Assembly: GCA_964478025.1 (NCBI GenBank)
Contig: CAYZGK010000003.1
Coordinates: forward strand, 6,645-70,644
DNA length: 64,000 nt
Source of the DNA: an uncultured Christensenella sp.
GTDB lineage: Bacteria; Bacillota; Clostridia; Christensenellales; UBA3700
Reading direction: 5' to 3'
The number at the start of each line of letters is the position of its first letter. The first letter of the stretch is position 1. A program made the position numbers and the translations under genes. Shown one piece after another: positions 37,313 through 46,277 of this stretch. The notes under the pieces were generated by a model. That model was not told the origin of the DNA. It was given only the letters and a program-made list of their open reading frames with translations, and made no database searches.

Positions 37313-37341
37313 ATTATATAGGCGAAAAATCGGCGTGTCAA
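37313..37341 (-). promoter_or_regulatory. Consensus sigma-70/SigA promoter for tRNA-Trp
   Basis: On the minus strand, TTGACA (37341-37336) is followed by a 17-nt spacer and TATAAT (37318-37313), about 18 nt upstream of the mature tRNA 5' end. Confidence 0.8.
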
Positions 37342-37369
37342 TAAAAAAGGTTAATTTGAAAGGATATTT

Positions 37370-38164
37370 ATGGAACTAAAATACAAATTAGGATTTATAG
37401 GTGCAGGCAATATGGCAAAAGCCATATCTGATGGCATTATTAAATCCAACTATCTAAAGCAAACAGACATGATAATGTCTAGAAATTCAAGCAGTGGTAC
37501 ATATAATGGAATAGAAATTATTACAGATAATAACTATATTCTACAAAATTGTGAATACGTTGTACTTGCAGTAAAACCACAAATTTTTAAAGAATTATCT
37601 CAAGATAAATTATTTGAAAATGCTAAATGCTCATGCGTAATCTCAATAATGGCAGGAGTTAAGAGCGAAAATATTCAAAAATTATTTAACAAAAATACAG
37701 CAGTTATTAGAGTTATGCCAAATACTCCATGTTCAGTGGGAGAAGGCATGGTTTGTATTGCTAAAAATAAATATCACAATATTTATAATAATTTTGTTAA
37801 CGATATATTTGCTTGTTCATCAAAAACAGCTTTTGTTGAAGAGAGTTTGTTTGATGCTGTAACATCTATCTCTGGCTCTGGTCCAGCTTACGTATATTAT
37901 TTTATTAAAGCTATGATAGATGCAGGAGTTGAAGGTGGTTTAAGTTTTGATGATTCAAAATTATTAACACTTCAAACAATAAAAGGTGCAGTAAAAATGG
38001 TAGAAAATTCAAGTGATGAATTGTCTGTATTAATTGATAAAGTATGCTCAAAAGGCGGAACTACAATACAAGCTATAGATACATTTAGACAAAATGAAAT
38101 GGATAGTACAATAAAAACCGCAATTAAAAAGTGCAAGATGCGATCAGAGGAGTTATCTAAATAG
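37370..38164 (+). CDS. proC: Pyrroline-5-carboxylate reductase
   Basis: N-terminal sequence [12 protein letters not shown] plus RVMPNTP and [15 protein letters not shown], with the C-terminal sequence SKGGTT. Confidence 0.9.
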   Translation: MELKYKLGFIGAGNMAKAISDGIIKSNYLKQTDMIMSRNSSSGTYNGIEIITDNNYILQNCEYVVLAVKPQIFKELSQDKLFENAKCSCVISIMAGVKSENIQKLFNKNTAVIRVMPNTPCSVGEGMVCIAKNKYHNIYNNFVNDIFACSSKTAFVEESLFDAVTSISGSGPAYVYYFIKAMIDAGVEGGLSFDDSKLLTLQTIKGAVKMVENSSDELSVLIDKVCSKGGTTIQAIDTFRQNEMDSTIKTAIKKCKMRSEELSK

Positions 38165-38604
38165 TGAAAGAAGTTACGATTTACACCGATGGCGCATGTT
38201 CAGGAAATCCAGGTCCAGGAGGTTGGGGAGTTTTGCTCATGTATATGAATAATAAAAAAGAACTGTCTGGATTTGATAAATCTACTACCAACAATAAAAT
38301 GGAATTGTTGGCCGCCATTAAGGGGCTTGAGGCTTTAAAAGAACCATGTAAGGTTTCCTTGTATTCGGATTCTGCATATTTGTGTAATGCCATAAATGAA
38401 GGTTGGCTGGATTATTGGAAAACACATAATTGGCGTACCAAATCCAAAGAAGATGTTAAAAATGTTGAACTTTGGGAAAAGTTAGTTGAGTTAATGGGAA
38501 TTCATGATTTGACATTTATAAAAGTTAAAGGTCACGCTGATAACGAATATAACAATCGTTGTGATGCTTTAGCAACAGGAGAAATAGCGAAAAATACAAA
38601 ATAA
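38164..38604 (+). CDS. rnhA: Ribonuclease HI
   Basis: The sequence [17 protein letters not shown]...[11 protein letters not shown]...SDS...[15 protein letters not shown] is present. The start is a GTG overlapping the proC stop. Confidence 0.9.
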   Translation: MKEVTIYTDGACSGNPGPGGWGVLLMYMNNKKELSGFDKSTTNNKMELLAAIKGLEALKEPCKVSLYSDSAYLCNAINEGWLDYWKTHNWRTKSKEDVKNVELWEKLVELMGIHDLTFIKVKGHADNEYNNRCDALATGEIAKNTK

Positions 38605-38637
38605 GGAGGCAGTTTAACTGTTTACCTTATTTTTTTA
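38602..38637 (+). terminator. Probable rho-independent terminator after rnhA
   Basis: An interrupted stem TAAGG...CAGT/ACTG...CCTTA is followed by a T-run at 38630-38637. Confidence 0.5.
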
Positions 38638-38711
38638 TAAGTGAAAAAATAAAGGTTTTTAAATATATAAATCTATCAACGGGGATAGATAAAGGAGTAA
38701 AAAAGAAAAAA

Positions 38712-40445
38712 ATGTCAGCAATTGATATTATTAAATCAGTATTGATGCTTTTAGCAGGTTTGGGTACTTTCCTTATTGGTCTTGATATTATGGGTAAAAA
38801 TTTGGAAGGATTTGCCGGGGATAAGTTAAGAAATTTATTTTCAAAAATATCAGATAAAAAAATATTAGGTATAGCAACAGGTTGTGTAACAACAATTATG
38901 GCACAATCATCATCAGCAACTACCGTCATGGTCGTAGGTTTCGTTAATACGGGAATGATGACACTAGTTCAAGCTACAACTATTATCATGGGTGCAAACA
39001 TTGGTACTACTTTGACTGCATATTTAATTGCATTACAAAATCTTCCAATTTCCGCATTTTTCTGTTCAATGGCTTGCGTAGGTGCATTTATGCAAATGTC
39101 TAAAAAGACAAATCTAAAGAATATTGGAGCAATACTTGCAGGTGTAGGTATGCTATTTGTAGGCTTAAGCGTAATGAGTTCATCAATGTCAGGTGTAACA
39201 AATATTGAAAATGAAAATGGAGAAAAAGTAATTGCTGTTCTATTAAAGAGTATTTCAGGAAGCACTGTATGGAGCAAAATGCTATTAATACTAATTGGTG
39301 CTGTAATTACTGCTATTATTCAATCATCAGCCGCTACAACATCTATCTTAATTGGACTTTGTTCAGCAGGCACAATGGAACTTGAACCAGCAATAATGGT
39401 AACACTTGGTATGAACATCGGTACTTGTATATCTGCAGTTTTAGCATCTATTGGACAATCTGCAAATGGTAAAAGAGCTTCTGTTATCCACTTATTGTTC
39501 AATATAATTGGTACAATAATATTTAGTATAATTTTATTTGCAGCAGGTAACTATATAATTCCTTTCTTAGAAAATCTAAAAATTGGTTCTGACTTTGCTA
39601 CATCAATATCTTTAAAGATTGCTATTTTCCATACAATATTCAATGTAACAACTACAATTTTAATGTATCCATTTATTAACGGATTAACAAAACTTGCTAC
39701 ATTAATTGTTCCAGATAAAAAGTCAGATAAAGATAATGATGAGTTTGCAAATAAGTTTACATACATCAACGATTTGATTTTAAAAACACCTTCAATCGCT
39801 ATGGAAATGTTAAGAAAAGAAATCACTAAGATGGCACAAGATGCAAAAACAAATCTTCAATTATCTGAAGAAATGCTACAAAATAAGGATTTATCTAAAA
39901 TTGAAGAGTTTGAAAAAAGAGAAAAGCATATAAACTTTATAAACAAAAATCTATCTAAATTCCTTGTAAAAGTTTCAAACCTTGATATAACTTATGAAAA
40001 TGAGCTTGAAATCGCCGCATATTACCACAATATTTCAGATATCGAAAGAATAGGCGACTATGCAGAAAATATTGTTGAATACACTCAAGATTTGGTTAAA
40101 GCAGGTGTTGACTTTACAGATGATTGTAAGAAAGAGTTACAAGAAATGATAGAAGCTGTAAATGGTGAACTTTCATTAACCATTAATGCTTTTGAAAACA
40201 AAACACTAAAAGATTATTATGAAATAGATGCTGCTGAAGATTTAACAGATACTTATTACAATGTTTTATCTAGAAATCATATTGTTAGATTAAATCAAGG
40301 AATATGTAACGCTGAAGCCGCATCCGTATTTATTTCTTTAATTGGAAACCTAGAAAGAGTTGGAGATCACGTAATGAATCTTTGTAATTCAATGAAAACT
40401 TACGTTAAGGTTCCAGAGAAAGAACAAAACTTAGGAACTAATTAA
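38712..40445 (+). CDS. Na+/phosphate cotransporter family protein with C-terminal PhoU-like repeats
   Basis: The polytopic N-terminal half has the duplicated motifs QSSSATT (IMAQSSSATTVMV) and QSSAATT (IIQSSAATTSIL). The C-terminal sequences ERIGDYAENI and ERVGDHVMNL are PhoU repeats. Confidence 0.85.
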   Translation: MSAIDIIKSVLMLLAGLGTFLIGLDIMGKNLEGFAGDKLRNLFSKISDKKILGIATGCVTTIMAQSSSATTVMVVGFVNTGMMTLVQATTIIMGANIGTTLTAYLIALQNLPISAFFCSMACVGAFMQMSKKTNLKNIGAILAGVGMLFVGLSVMSSSMSGVTNIENENGEKVIAVLLKSISGSTVWSKMLLILIGAVITAIIQSSAATTSILIGLCSAGTMELEPAIMVTLGMNIGTCISAVLASIGQSANGKRASVIHLLFNIIGTIIFSIILFAAGNYIIPFLENLKIGSDFATSISLKIAIFHTIFNVTTTILMYPFINGLTKLATLIVPDKKSDKDNDEFANKFTYINDLILKTPSIAMEMLRKEITKMAQDAKTNLQLSEEMLQNKDLSKIEEFEKREKHINFINKNLSKFLVKVSNLDITYENELEIAAYYHNISDIERIGDYAENIVEYTQDLVKAGVDFTDDCKKELQEMIEAVNGELSLTINAFENKTLKDYYEIDAAEDLTDTYYNVLSRNHIVRLNQGICNAEAASVFISLIGNLERVGDHVMNLCNSMKTYVKVPEKEQNLGTN

Positions 40446-40476
40446 AATTCTAAAAAAGAAACTTTTAAGAAAATAG

Positions 40477-40514
40477 ACTTGGAATTGAAAACATCGATTC
40501 CAAGTTTCTTTATT
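40477..40514 (+). terminator. Rho-independent terminator
   Basis: A perfect 9-bp stem ACTTGGAAT (40477-40485) / ATTCCAAGT (40497-40505) is followed by TTCTTTATT. Confidence 0.75.
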
Positions 40515-40591
40515 ATATGAATTTTATAATTTCTTTACATAATTTATTTCATTATGTATAATTAAAAAAAAGAAAAAAAAGGAGATAATTT

Positions 40592-41158
40592 ATGATTAAT
40601 TTAACTAAGAAAAATAAAATTATAATTGCAAGCGTTTGTGCAGCTATTGTAATACTAGTTATTATTTTAACATGTGTAATATGTTTAAATAATAAGAATA
40701 AAAAGGATAATAAAGTTGAAGATTGCACATATTTAAGTTTTGAATTAAATTCAGATGGTACAGGATATTCTGTAACCGATGTTTTAGATAAATCATTAAC
40801 TGAATTAATTATTCCATCTACATATAAAGGATTACCAGTAACTAGTATAGCAACATATGCTATTACAACAGTTCAAGCCGAAAAAATTTATATTCCAGAA
40901 TCAGTAAGTACTATTGCTGACAATGCTTTTGATTATAACTCTAATATTAAAGAGGTTACCATAATGAATAAAAATATTTCTATTGGTAATAGATTTCTTC
41001 GTCAATCCAACGTAATAGAAACAATCAACTTTAATGGTACAAAAGAAGAATGGAATGCTGTTTCAAAGGGTTCAACATGGGATGAATTTTTGGGACAACT
41101 TAATTACACAATTAAGTGTACTGATGGCGATATAAGTATGCAAAAACAAATGTCATAA
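40592..41158 (+). CDS. Small membrane-anchored BspA-type leucine-rich-repeat protein
   Basis: N-terminal TM helix. The repeats LIIPSTYKGLPVTSIATYA and IYIPESVSTIADNAF resemble the BspA-type LRR consensus. Confidence 0.5.
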   Translation: MINLTKKNKIIIASVCAAIVILVIILTCVICLNNKNKKDNKVEDCTYLSFELNSDGTGYSVTDVLDKSLTELIIPSTYKGLPVTSIATYAITTVQAEKIYIPESVSTIADNAFDYNSNIKEVTIMNKNISIGNRFLRQSNVIETINFNGTKEEWNAVSKGSTWDEFLGQLNYTIKCTDGDISMQKQMS

Positions 41159-41191
41159 TATTGCTTATTAGAATATTAAACAAAAATCATC

Positions 41192-41229
41192 AAGAGATTA
41201 CAAGAAAAAATGTAATCTCTTTTTTTTTA
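41192..41229 (+). terminator. Strong rho-independent terminator
   Basis: A perfect 11-bp stem AAGAGATTACA (41192-41202) / TGTAATCTCTT (41211-41221) is followed by a T-run. Confidence 0.85.
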
Positions 41230-41356
41230 TATAAAAATCCATTTGAAAAAGTAAACTTTAGTACAAAAAAATAGATTATAGGCTTATTTTTTTTATTTTA
41301 TTTGTATGTTATAATTTCTTTAGTATATTTATAATAAATAAAAAAAAGGAGCATTT

Positions 41357-42574
41357 ATGGCATTATCTGAAAAGACTAGACGTCGAATTAAAATTTCTTT
41401 AATACTCATACCAGTAATTATAGTATTACTAGCAAGTTTAGTATTTTGCGCAAACACAATCGCAAGATCTTCTAATGAAAATTTTATTTCAAAGATTTCT
41501 AAAGTTGAATATGATAATCAATTAGTGCCTTATTTAGATACAGAAACAGGCTATTATACCTTTACAACAGATAGTGAATTTAAAATATTACAAATCACCG
41601 ACTTTCACATAACGGCAAGTGTTACAAGTTGGGCAAAAGATAGAATGGCATTTAATGCGGTCGCTGCTATGATTTCCTATGAAAAACCTGATTTAGTTTT
41701 AATTACAGGAGATTTAACATTTTCAGTTCCTTATGAATTAACAGGAGATAATAAAAAACCAGCAGTTTTAATTGCCGAATTTATGGAGCAACTTGGCGTT
41801 TACTGGGCTGCTAATTTAGGTAATCATGACTCAGAAAGCTATATGTATTATTCAAGAGATAAAATTGCTGATGTTTATAAAAATAGAGAAAAATATCCTC
41901 ATTCATTATTTATGAGTGGACCTGAGGATGTTTATGGATATGGAAACTACATTATAAATATTGAAAATACTTCAGGAGAAATTACACAATCACTAGTACT
42001 TATGGATACAAACAATTTATTAAAAGATTCAAAATTAATAAATGGAGACTATGATTGTATTCATGCAGATCAGGTTGAATGGTATGAAAGTGAAATGTAT
42101 AGATTAAAGAAAATAAATAATGGAATTATGCCAAATTCTTTGATGTATATCCATATGCCACCACAAGAGATGAGCACAGCATGTGAACTATATTTAAGTG
42201 GCTCAACATCAAGCGATATTGAATATTTATATGGTGAAAATAAAGAAGAAGGCGGAAAAGTATACCCAAGTACTAAAAATTACGGTCTTTTTGATAAAGT
42301 TTTAGAAGTAGGATCAACTAAAGGCATATTCTTTGGACATGATCACTTAAACAATATGCATATAAAATATAAGGGAATTGAATTAGGTTATGGAATGTCT
42401 ATAGATTATATTGCATACTTTGGAATTAAAAATTACGGAAAACAACGTGGTTGTACTGTTATGAACGTATATAGTGATGGTTCTTTTGCAACTCACCAAG
42501 AAAATTATTATCAAGATAAATATGTTCCAATTCAAACAAAAGAAACTGTAAAAATGGTAGATATGAAAGGTTAA
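41357..42574 (+). CDS. Membrane-anchored calcineurin-like metallophosphoesterase
   Basis: N-terminal TM helix. Motifs present: ITDFH, TGDLT, GNHD, FFGHDH. Confidence 0.75.
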   Translation: MALSEKTRRRIKISLILIPVIIVLLASLVFCANTIARSSNENFISKISKVEYDNQLVPYLDTETGYYTFTTDSEFKILQITDFHITASVTSWAKDRMAFNAVAAMISYEKPDLVLITGDLTFSVPYELTGDNKKPAVLIAEFMEQLGVYWAANLGNHDSESYMYYSRDKIADVYKNREKYPHSLFMSGPEDVYGYGNYIINIENTSGEITQSLVLMDTNNLLKDSKLINGDYDCIHADQVEWYESEMYRLKKINNGIMPNSLMYIHMPPQEMSTACELYLSGSTSSDIEYLYGENKEEGGKVYPSTKNYGLFDKVLEVGSTKGIFFGHDHLNNMHIKYKGIELGYGMSIDYIAYFGIKNYGKQRGCTVMNVYSDGSFATHQENYYQDKYVPIQTKETVKMVDMKG

Positions 42575-42577
42575 CGA

Positions 42578-43858
42578 TTAATTAACGTGGAATCTTGTTG
42601 AATGATATAACCACGAATAAATTAATATATCCGCAGGTATTGTTAATAACATAATTATAGGGAATACAATAGGTTTTACGATAGATATTGGATTAACAAA
42701 TGTTGCTTTAAATACTCCAAAACCTATTATAATTATTGCTAATAAAATATTTACCATAAACATCAACGTATACATAAACGTCTTTTTTAGGTTAAAATTA
42801 GCAGCTATTCTTTTGTTTGGATTAATTATATAATTAATAGCAAAAGCAACTGGAACTAATAATCCTAGTCCTAGAGCAATAAATAGAGAACCTGCAGAAG
42901 TTTTTAGGGTAGAAGCTGAAACAATATGTAAGAAACATAATAAAACTGCATATAAGGCGTATGCACAGCCTGCAGTAGCTCCTAAAATTCTATTTATATA
43001 AATATACTTGTTTACGTAATATTCCGTCGTATTTTTCTTAATATAAGGTTTAATAATAAAACCTTGAGAAGCGAATGTCTTTTGTAAAGATTCTAAAGAA
43101 TATTGCTCAGCGTAATCCATGATTGGTGGAGCAAATTGATTAGTATTATATGGGGAAGCATACTCAAATTTATTTTTATTAGAATTTGAGAATATATCTT
43201 CCATAGTATTTACATAATCAACATCTTGTTCATATATAACTGTATCTTTACCAAAAGTGTAATTTTGACCATTTATAGTCTTTTTTATTGGTTGATTTTC
43301 AATTGAATCACTAGACGATGGTGTATCTTCATCTCTAACAAGTAAAACTGTTGGGTTAATATCATCCTCACCTGATTCATTTGTATCATTATTAACTAAT
43401 AAAATAGGCATTTCACCAACATCAGCTGCTTCTTCGGCAGTTGGATTAGATCTTGGGTTTCTTTTTGTTCTAGGGCGCAATTCTGAAGCCTCAAAAGGAG
43501 GTTTTTCTTCTGGATCAAAATCTTTTGCAGACAATAAACCATTTATTATTGTTCTAGAATATTCCCATTGATATTTATCGTTTTCCAAAAATTTTCTACC
43601 ATCATCAAGTAGGGTATAGTAAACTCTTTGAGCTCCGTTAGAAGAATCACCTTTATAAGATCTAATGTAACCAAGTTTTTCCAATCTTTTTAGGCACGAA
43701 TAAAGGGTAGGTTGTTTTAATTCATACAACCCCTTACTATTTTTTTGTATAACCTCAAGGATATCAAGACCATATCTATCTTCATTTTCAAGTGTTGAAA
43801 GAATAATAGTGTCTACATGATCTCGTATTAAATCTTTATTTACATCAGAATTATCCAT
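42578..43858 (-). CDS. PadR-family winged-helix regulator fused to a C-terminal polytopic membrane domain
   Basis: AGGAGA precedes the ATG at 43858; the listed start at 43909 is upstream of this RBS. The N-terminus DTIILSTLENEDRYGLDILEVIQ...LKQPTLYSCLKRLEKLGYIRSY is PadR-like. An acidic/Pro-rich linker follows, then about four hydrophobic helices. Confidence 0.65.
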   Translation of the reverse strand: MDNSDVNKDLIRDHVDTIILSTLENEDRYGLDILEVIQKNSKGLYELKQPTLYSCLKRLEKLGYIRSYKGDSSNGAQRVYYTLLDDGRKFLENDKYQWEYSRTIINGLLSAKDFDPEEKPPFEASELRPRTKRNPRSNPTAEEAADVGEMPILLVNNDTNESGEDDINPTVLLVRDEDTPSSSDSIENQPIKKTINGQNYTFGKDTVIYEQDVDYVNTMEDIFSNSNKNKFEYASPYNTNQFAPPIMDYAEQYSLESLQKTFASQGFIIKPYIKKNTTEYYVNKYIYINRILGATAGCAYALYAVLLCFLHIVSASTLKTSAGSLFIALGLGLLVPVAFAINYIINPNKRIAANFNLKKTFMYTLMFMVNILLAIIIIGFGVFKATFVNPISIVKPIVFPIIMLLTIPADILIYSWLYHSTRFHVN

Positions 43859-44148
43859 TGAATCTCCTAAACTCTTTATTATTATATTACATGCACGCAA
43901 AAAAAACAATAAAGTAAAAAATATAATTATAATTTTAAATAGAAAGAAAATAGAGAATAGGGGAATTAAACCATTTGTTTACATTTGTTTACTTTTTTAT
44001 TCACATTTTGTCCATAAATTAATTATTATAGAAAATTCATTAAAATTAATTGTGTTTATAACTATAATTATGAATTTATAATCTGTAGAGTATAAGAAAA
44101 ATTGAGCTAAACTACTCATTTTGTTTTGAATGACCGATTCTCTATTTC

Positions 44149-44176
44149 ATTTCGCAAAATTACACCTTTGCGAAAT
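44149..44176. promoter_or_regulatory. Perfect 10-bp inverted repeat (candidate operator) in the long AT-rich intergenic region
   Basis: ATTTCGCAAA (44149-44158) and TTTGCGAAAT (44167-44176) are separated by 8 nt. The half-site TTTGCGAAATAA recurs at 45085-45096. Confidence 0.45.
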
Positions 44177-44600
44177 AATAGGCAATTTTAATTATGAATT
44201 AAAAACATTTTCAAAATATGTTTAATTATTTTTGGCTTTTTCCTTAAGTTTTTATTTCTTGATTTTTACCAAATTTTTATTTTATTTTTCTTTATTTCAA
44301 ATTTCGTCTGATTTGTAAAATTTCAATTTTATATGATAAATCCTTCATATATTGTTTTTCAATATTTTACTATTTTGTCAATAAATTATTCTTTTGAAGT
44401 TTTCAATAATCTTATATGAATATCTAATAAAAAAAGTTTAAAAAAATTATTTAAATTGCTTACATAATAAATATCAATAATGTTAAAATCTCTTTGTTAA
44501 AAAATTTATATACAAAAAAATTGACATTAAATATCGCTTTAGCTTATGTCTGATGGCCAAAGCATATTTGATGTCTTTTTTTTTATTAGGAGAAAAAAAT

Positions 44601-45077
44601 ATGCCAAAAACAAAATTTCAAAGTTTTATCTTTTCACTAATTATGGTTTTCTTTATGGTTTATTGTATGACAGCTTATTCAATTGCCTTAAAGATGGGTG
44701 GCCTTACTTATAATGTATTTTTACTTGCTATTAAAGAAATGTGGATCGAATATGCTATAGTATTTGTATTAATATTCTTTATTATTTCAAAACTAGCGCA
44801 AAAATTAGCATTTAGAATCGTAACACCAGGCGTTGATAAGCCAATATTTATTATTTTATCTATTCAATGCTTCACTGTTTGTTTAATTGTTCCTACAATA
44901 ACATTAATTGTAACTTTTATTCATAATGGATTTACAGCACAATGGTTTACACAATGGATTGAGCTTGCTTTTCAATGTTTTCCTGTAGCTTTATGTTTAC
45001 AATTTTTCTTTATAGGACCTCTTGTTAGATTCATATTTAGATTAATATTTAAAAAACAATTGAATTCTAATAATTAG
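44601..45077 (+). CDS. DUF2798-like four-TM membrane protein
   Basis: AGGAGA precedes the ATG at 44601 (MPKTKFQSFIFSLIMVFFMVYCMT...). The pattern of duplicated hydrophobic pairs resembles DUF2798. Confidence 0.5.
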   Translation: MPKTKFQSFIFSLIMVFFMVYCMTAYSIALKMGGLTYNVFLLAIKEMWIEYAIVFVLIFFIISKLAQKLAFRIVTPGVDKPIFIILSIQCFTVCLIVPTITLIVTFIHNGFTAQWFTQWIELAFQCFPVALCLQFFFIGPLVRFIFRLIFKKQLNSNN

Positions 45078-45114
45078 CGTTGATTTTGCGAAATAAATAT
45101 CTTATACTTTAACC

Positions 45115-46179
45115 ATGAACGATAAGAATTATTTCCAACAACGTGAAATCGAAACTATACACAAACTACGTGATATTCAAAAAGATTTGCCAATTATCAC
45201 GAATGAGTTTTTTATTGGTATTGAATCATATACCTCACCTTTAACAAGACTTGGTTATGCTACAGATTTAAGAATATTCTTTAATTTTCTAACCCAAGAA
45301 ATTGATGGTTTTGTTGGAAAAAATGTTAGACTTTTAACCTATGAGGATTTAGATACAATTACTTCAACTCACATTGAAATGTTTTTGTCTTACCTTAGTA
45401 ATTACGAAATTGATAATAAACAATATCAAAACACAATAAAAACTAAGGCAAGAAAACTTTCATCAATTAAATCTTTCTTTAAATATTGTTTTGATAAAGA
45501 TAAACTATCTAAAGATGTAGCCTCAAAGGTAAAATCCCCTAAAATTCATGAAAAACCTATCATTCGTTTAGAAAACAATGAAATGGAAAAACTTTTAGAC
45601 AATGTTGAAACTGGTAATGGTTTATCTAATCGTGCCGAAGCATTCCATAAAGATTTAAAGGAACGTGATGTAGCAATAATTACTGTCTTTTTAGGTACAG
45701 GAATTCGTATATCTGAGCTTGTTGGATTAAATGTTGATGATTTAGACTTTAACATTAATGCTTTTAAAGTAACAAGAAAAGGTGGAAATCAAGATATTGT
45801 ATATTTTAATGATCAAGTACGTGATGCTTTATTTGCATATTTAGACAAAAGAGCTCAAAATCCTGAACTTGATGACGAACCTGCACTATTTGTTTCGTTA
45901 AAAAACAAAAGAATTGGCGTAAGAAATGTGCAAATACTAGTTAAAAAGTATGCAGAAATAACTACGCCACTAAAACATATTACTCCTCATAAATTAAGAA
46001 CAACATTTGGTACAAACTTGTATACAAATACACGTGATATATTTATGGTAGCTAGTGTTTTAGGCCATAAAGATGTAAATACAACAAGAAAACATTATGC
46101 AGCAATATCCGATAATATCAAAAAAGAAGCTGTACAACATGTCGATTTAAAACCATCAGATTCAAATCAAGATAATTAA
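45115..46179 (+). CDS. Tyrosine site-specific recombinase, XerC/XerD family
   Basis: N-terminal SAM-like domain. The catalytic residues lie in GTGIRISEL (Arg), HKLRTTFGTNLY (H-x-x-R) and LGHKDVNTTRKHY (His and the Tyr nucleophile). Confidence 0.8.
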   Translation: MNDKNYFQQREIETIHKLRDIQKDLPIITNEFFIGIESYTSPLTRLGYATDLRIFFNFLTQEIDGFVGKNVRLLTYEDLDTITSTHIEMFLSYLSNYEIDNKQYQNTIKTKARKLSSIKSFFKYCFDKDKLSKDVASKVKSPKIHEKPIIRLENNEMEKLLDNVETGNGLSNRAEAFHKDLKERDVAIITVFLGTGIRISELVGLNVDDLDFNINAFKVTRKGGNQDIVYFNDQVRDALFAYLDKRAQNPELDDEPALFVSLKNKRIGVRNVQILVKKYAEITTPLKHITPHKLRTTFGTNLYTNTRDIFMVASVLGHKDVNTTRKHYAAISDNIKKEAVQHVDLKPSDSNQDN

Positions 46180-46212
46180 TATATAAAACAAAATATTTGT
46201 TTATATTTTCTA

Positions 46213-46241
46213 TTGACAAAAAGTGAACATTTGTATAAAAT
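46213..46241 (+). promoter_or_regulatory. Candidate lexA promoter with a degenerate SOS (Cheo-type) box in the spacer
   Basis: The -35 element is TTGACA (46213-46218), the spacer is 17 nt, and the -10 element is TAAAAT (46236-46241). GAACATTTGTAT (46225-46236) matches the GAAC-N4-GT half of the GAAC-N4-GTTC consensus. Confidence 0.45.
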
Positions 46242-46277
46242 TTACTTAAACAAATCAAAATTAATTAGGAGAAAGTT

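Noticed and set aside
40561-40591. A8-G-A8 homopolymer tracts directly upstream of the LRR surface-protein RBS (and an A8 before the metallophosphoesterase RBS at about 41341) as phase-variation switches
   Set aside because: Tracts of this length are common throughout this AT-rich sequence, including inside conserved genes. There is no evidence of length heterogeneity from a single sequence.
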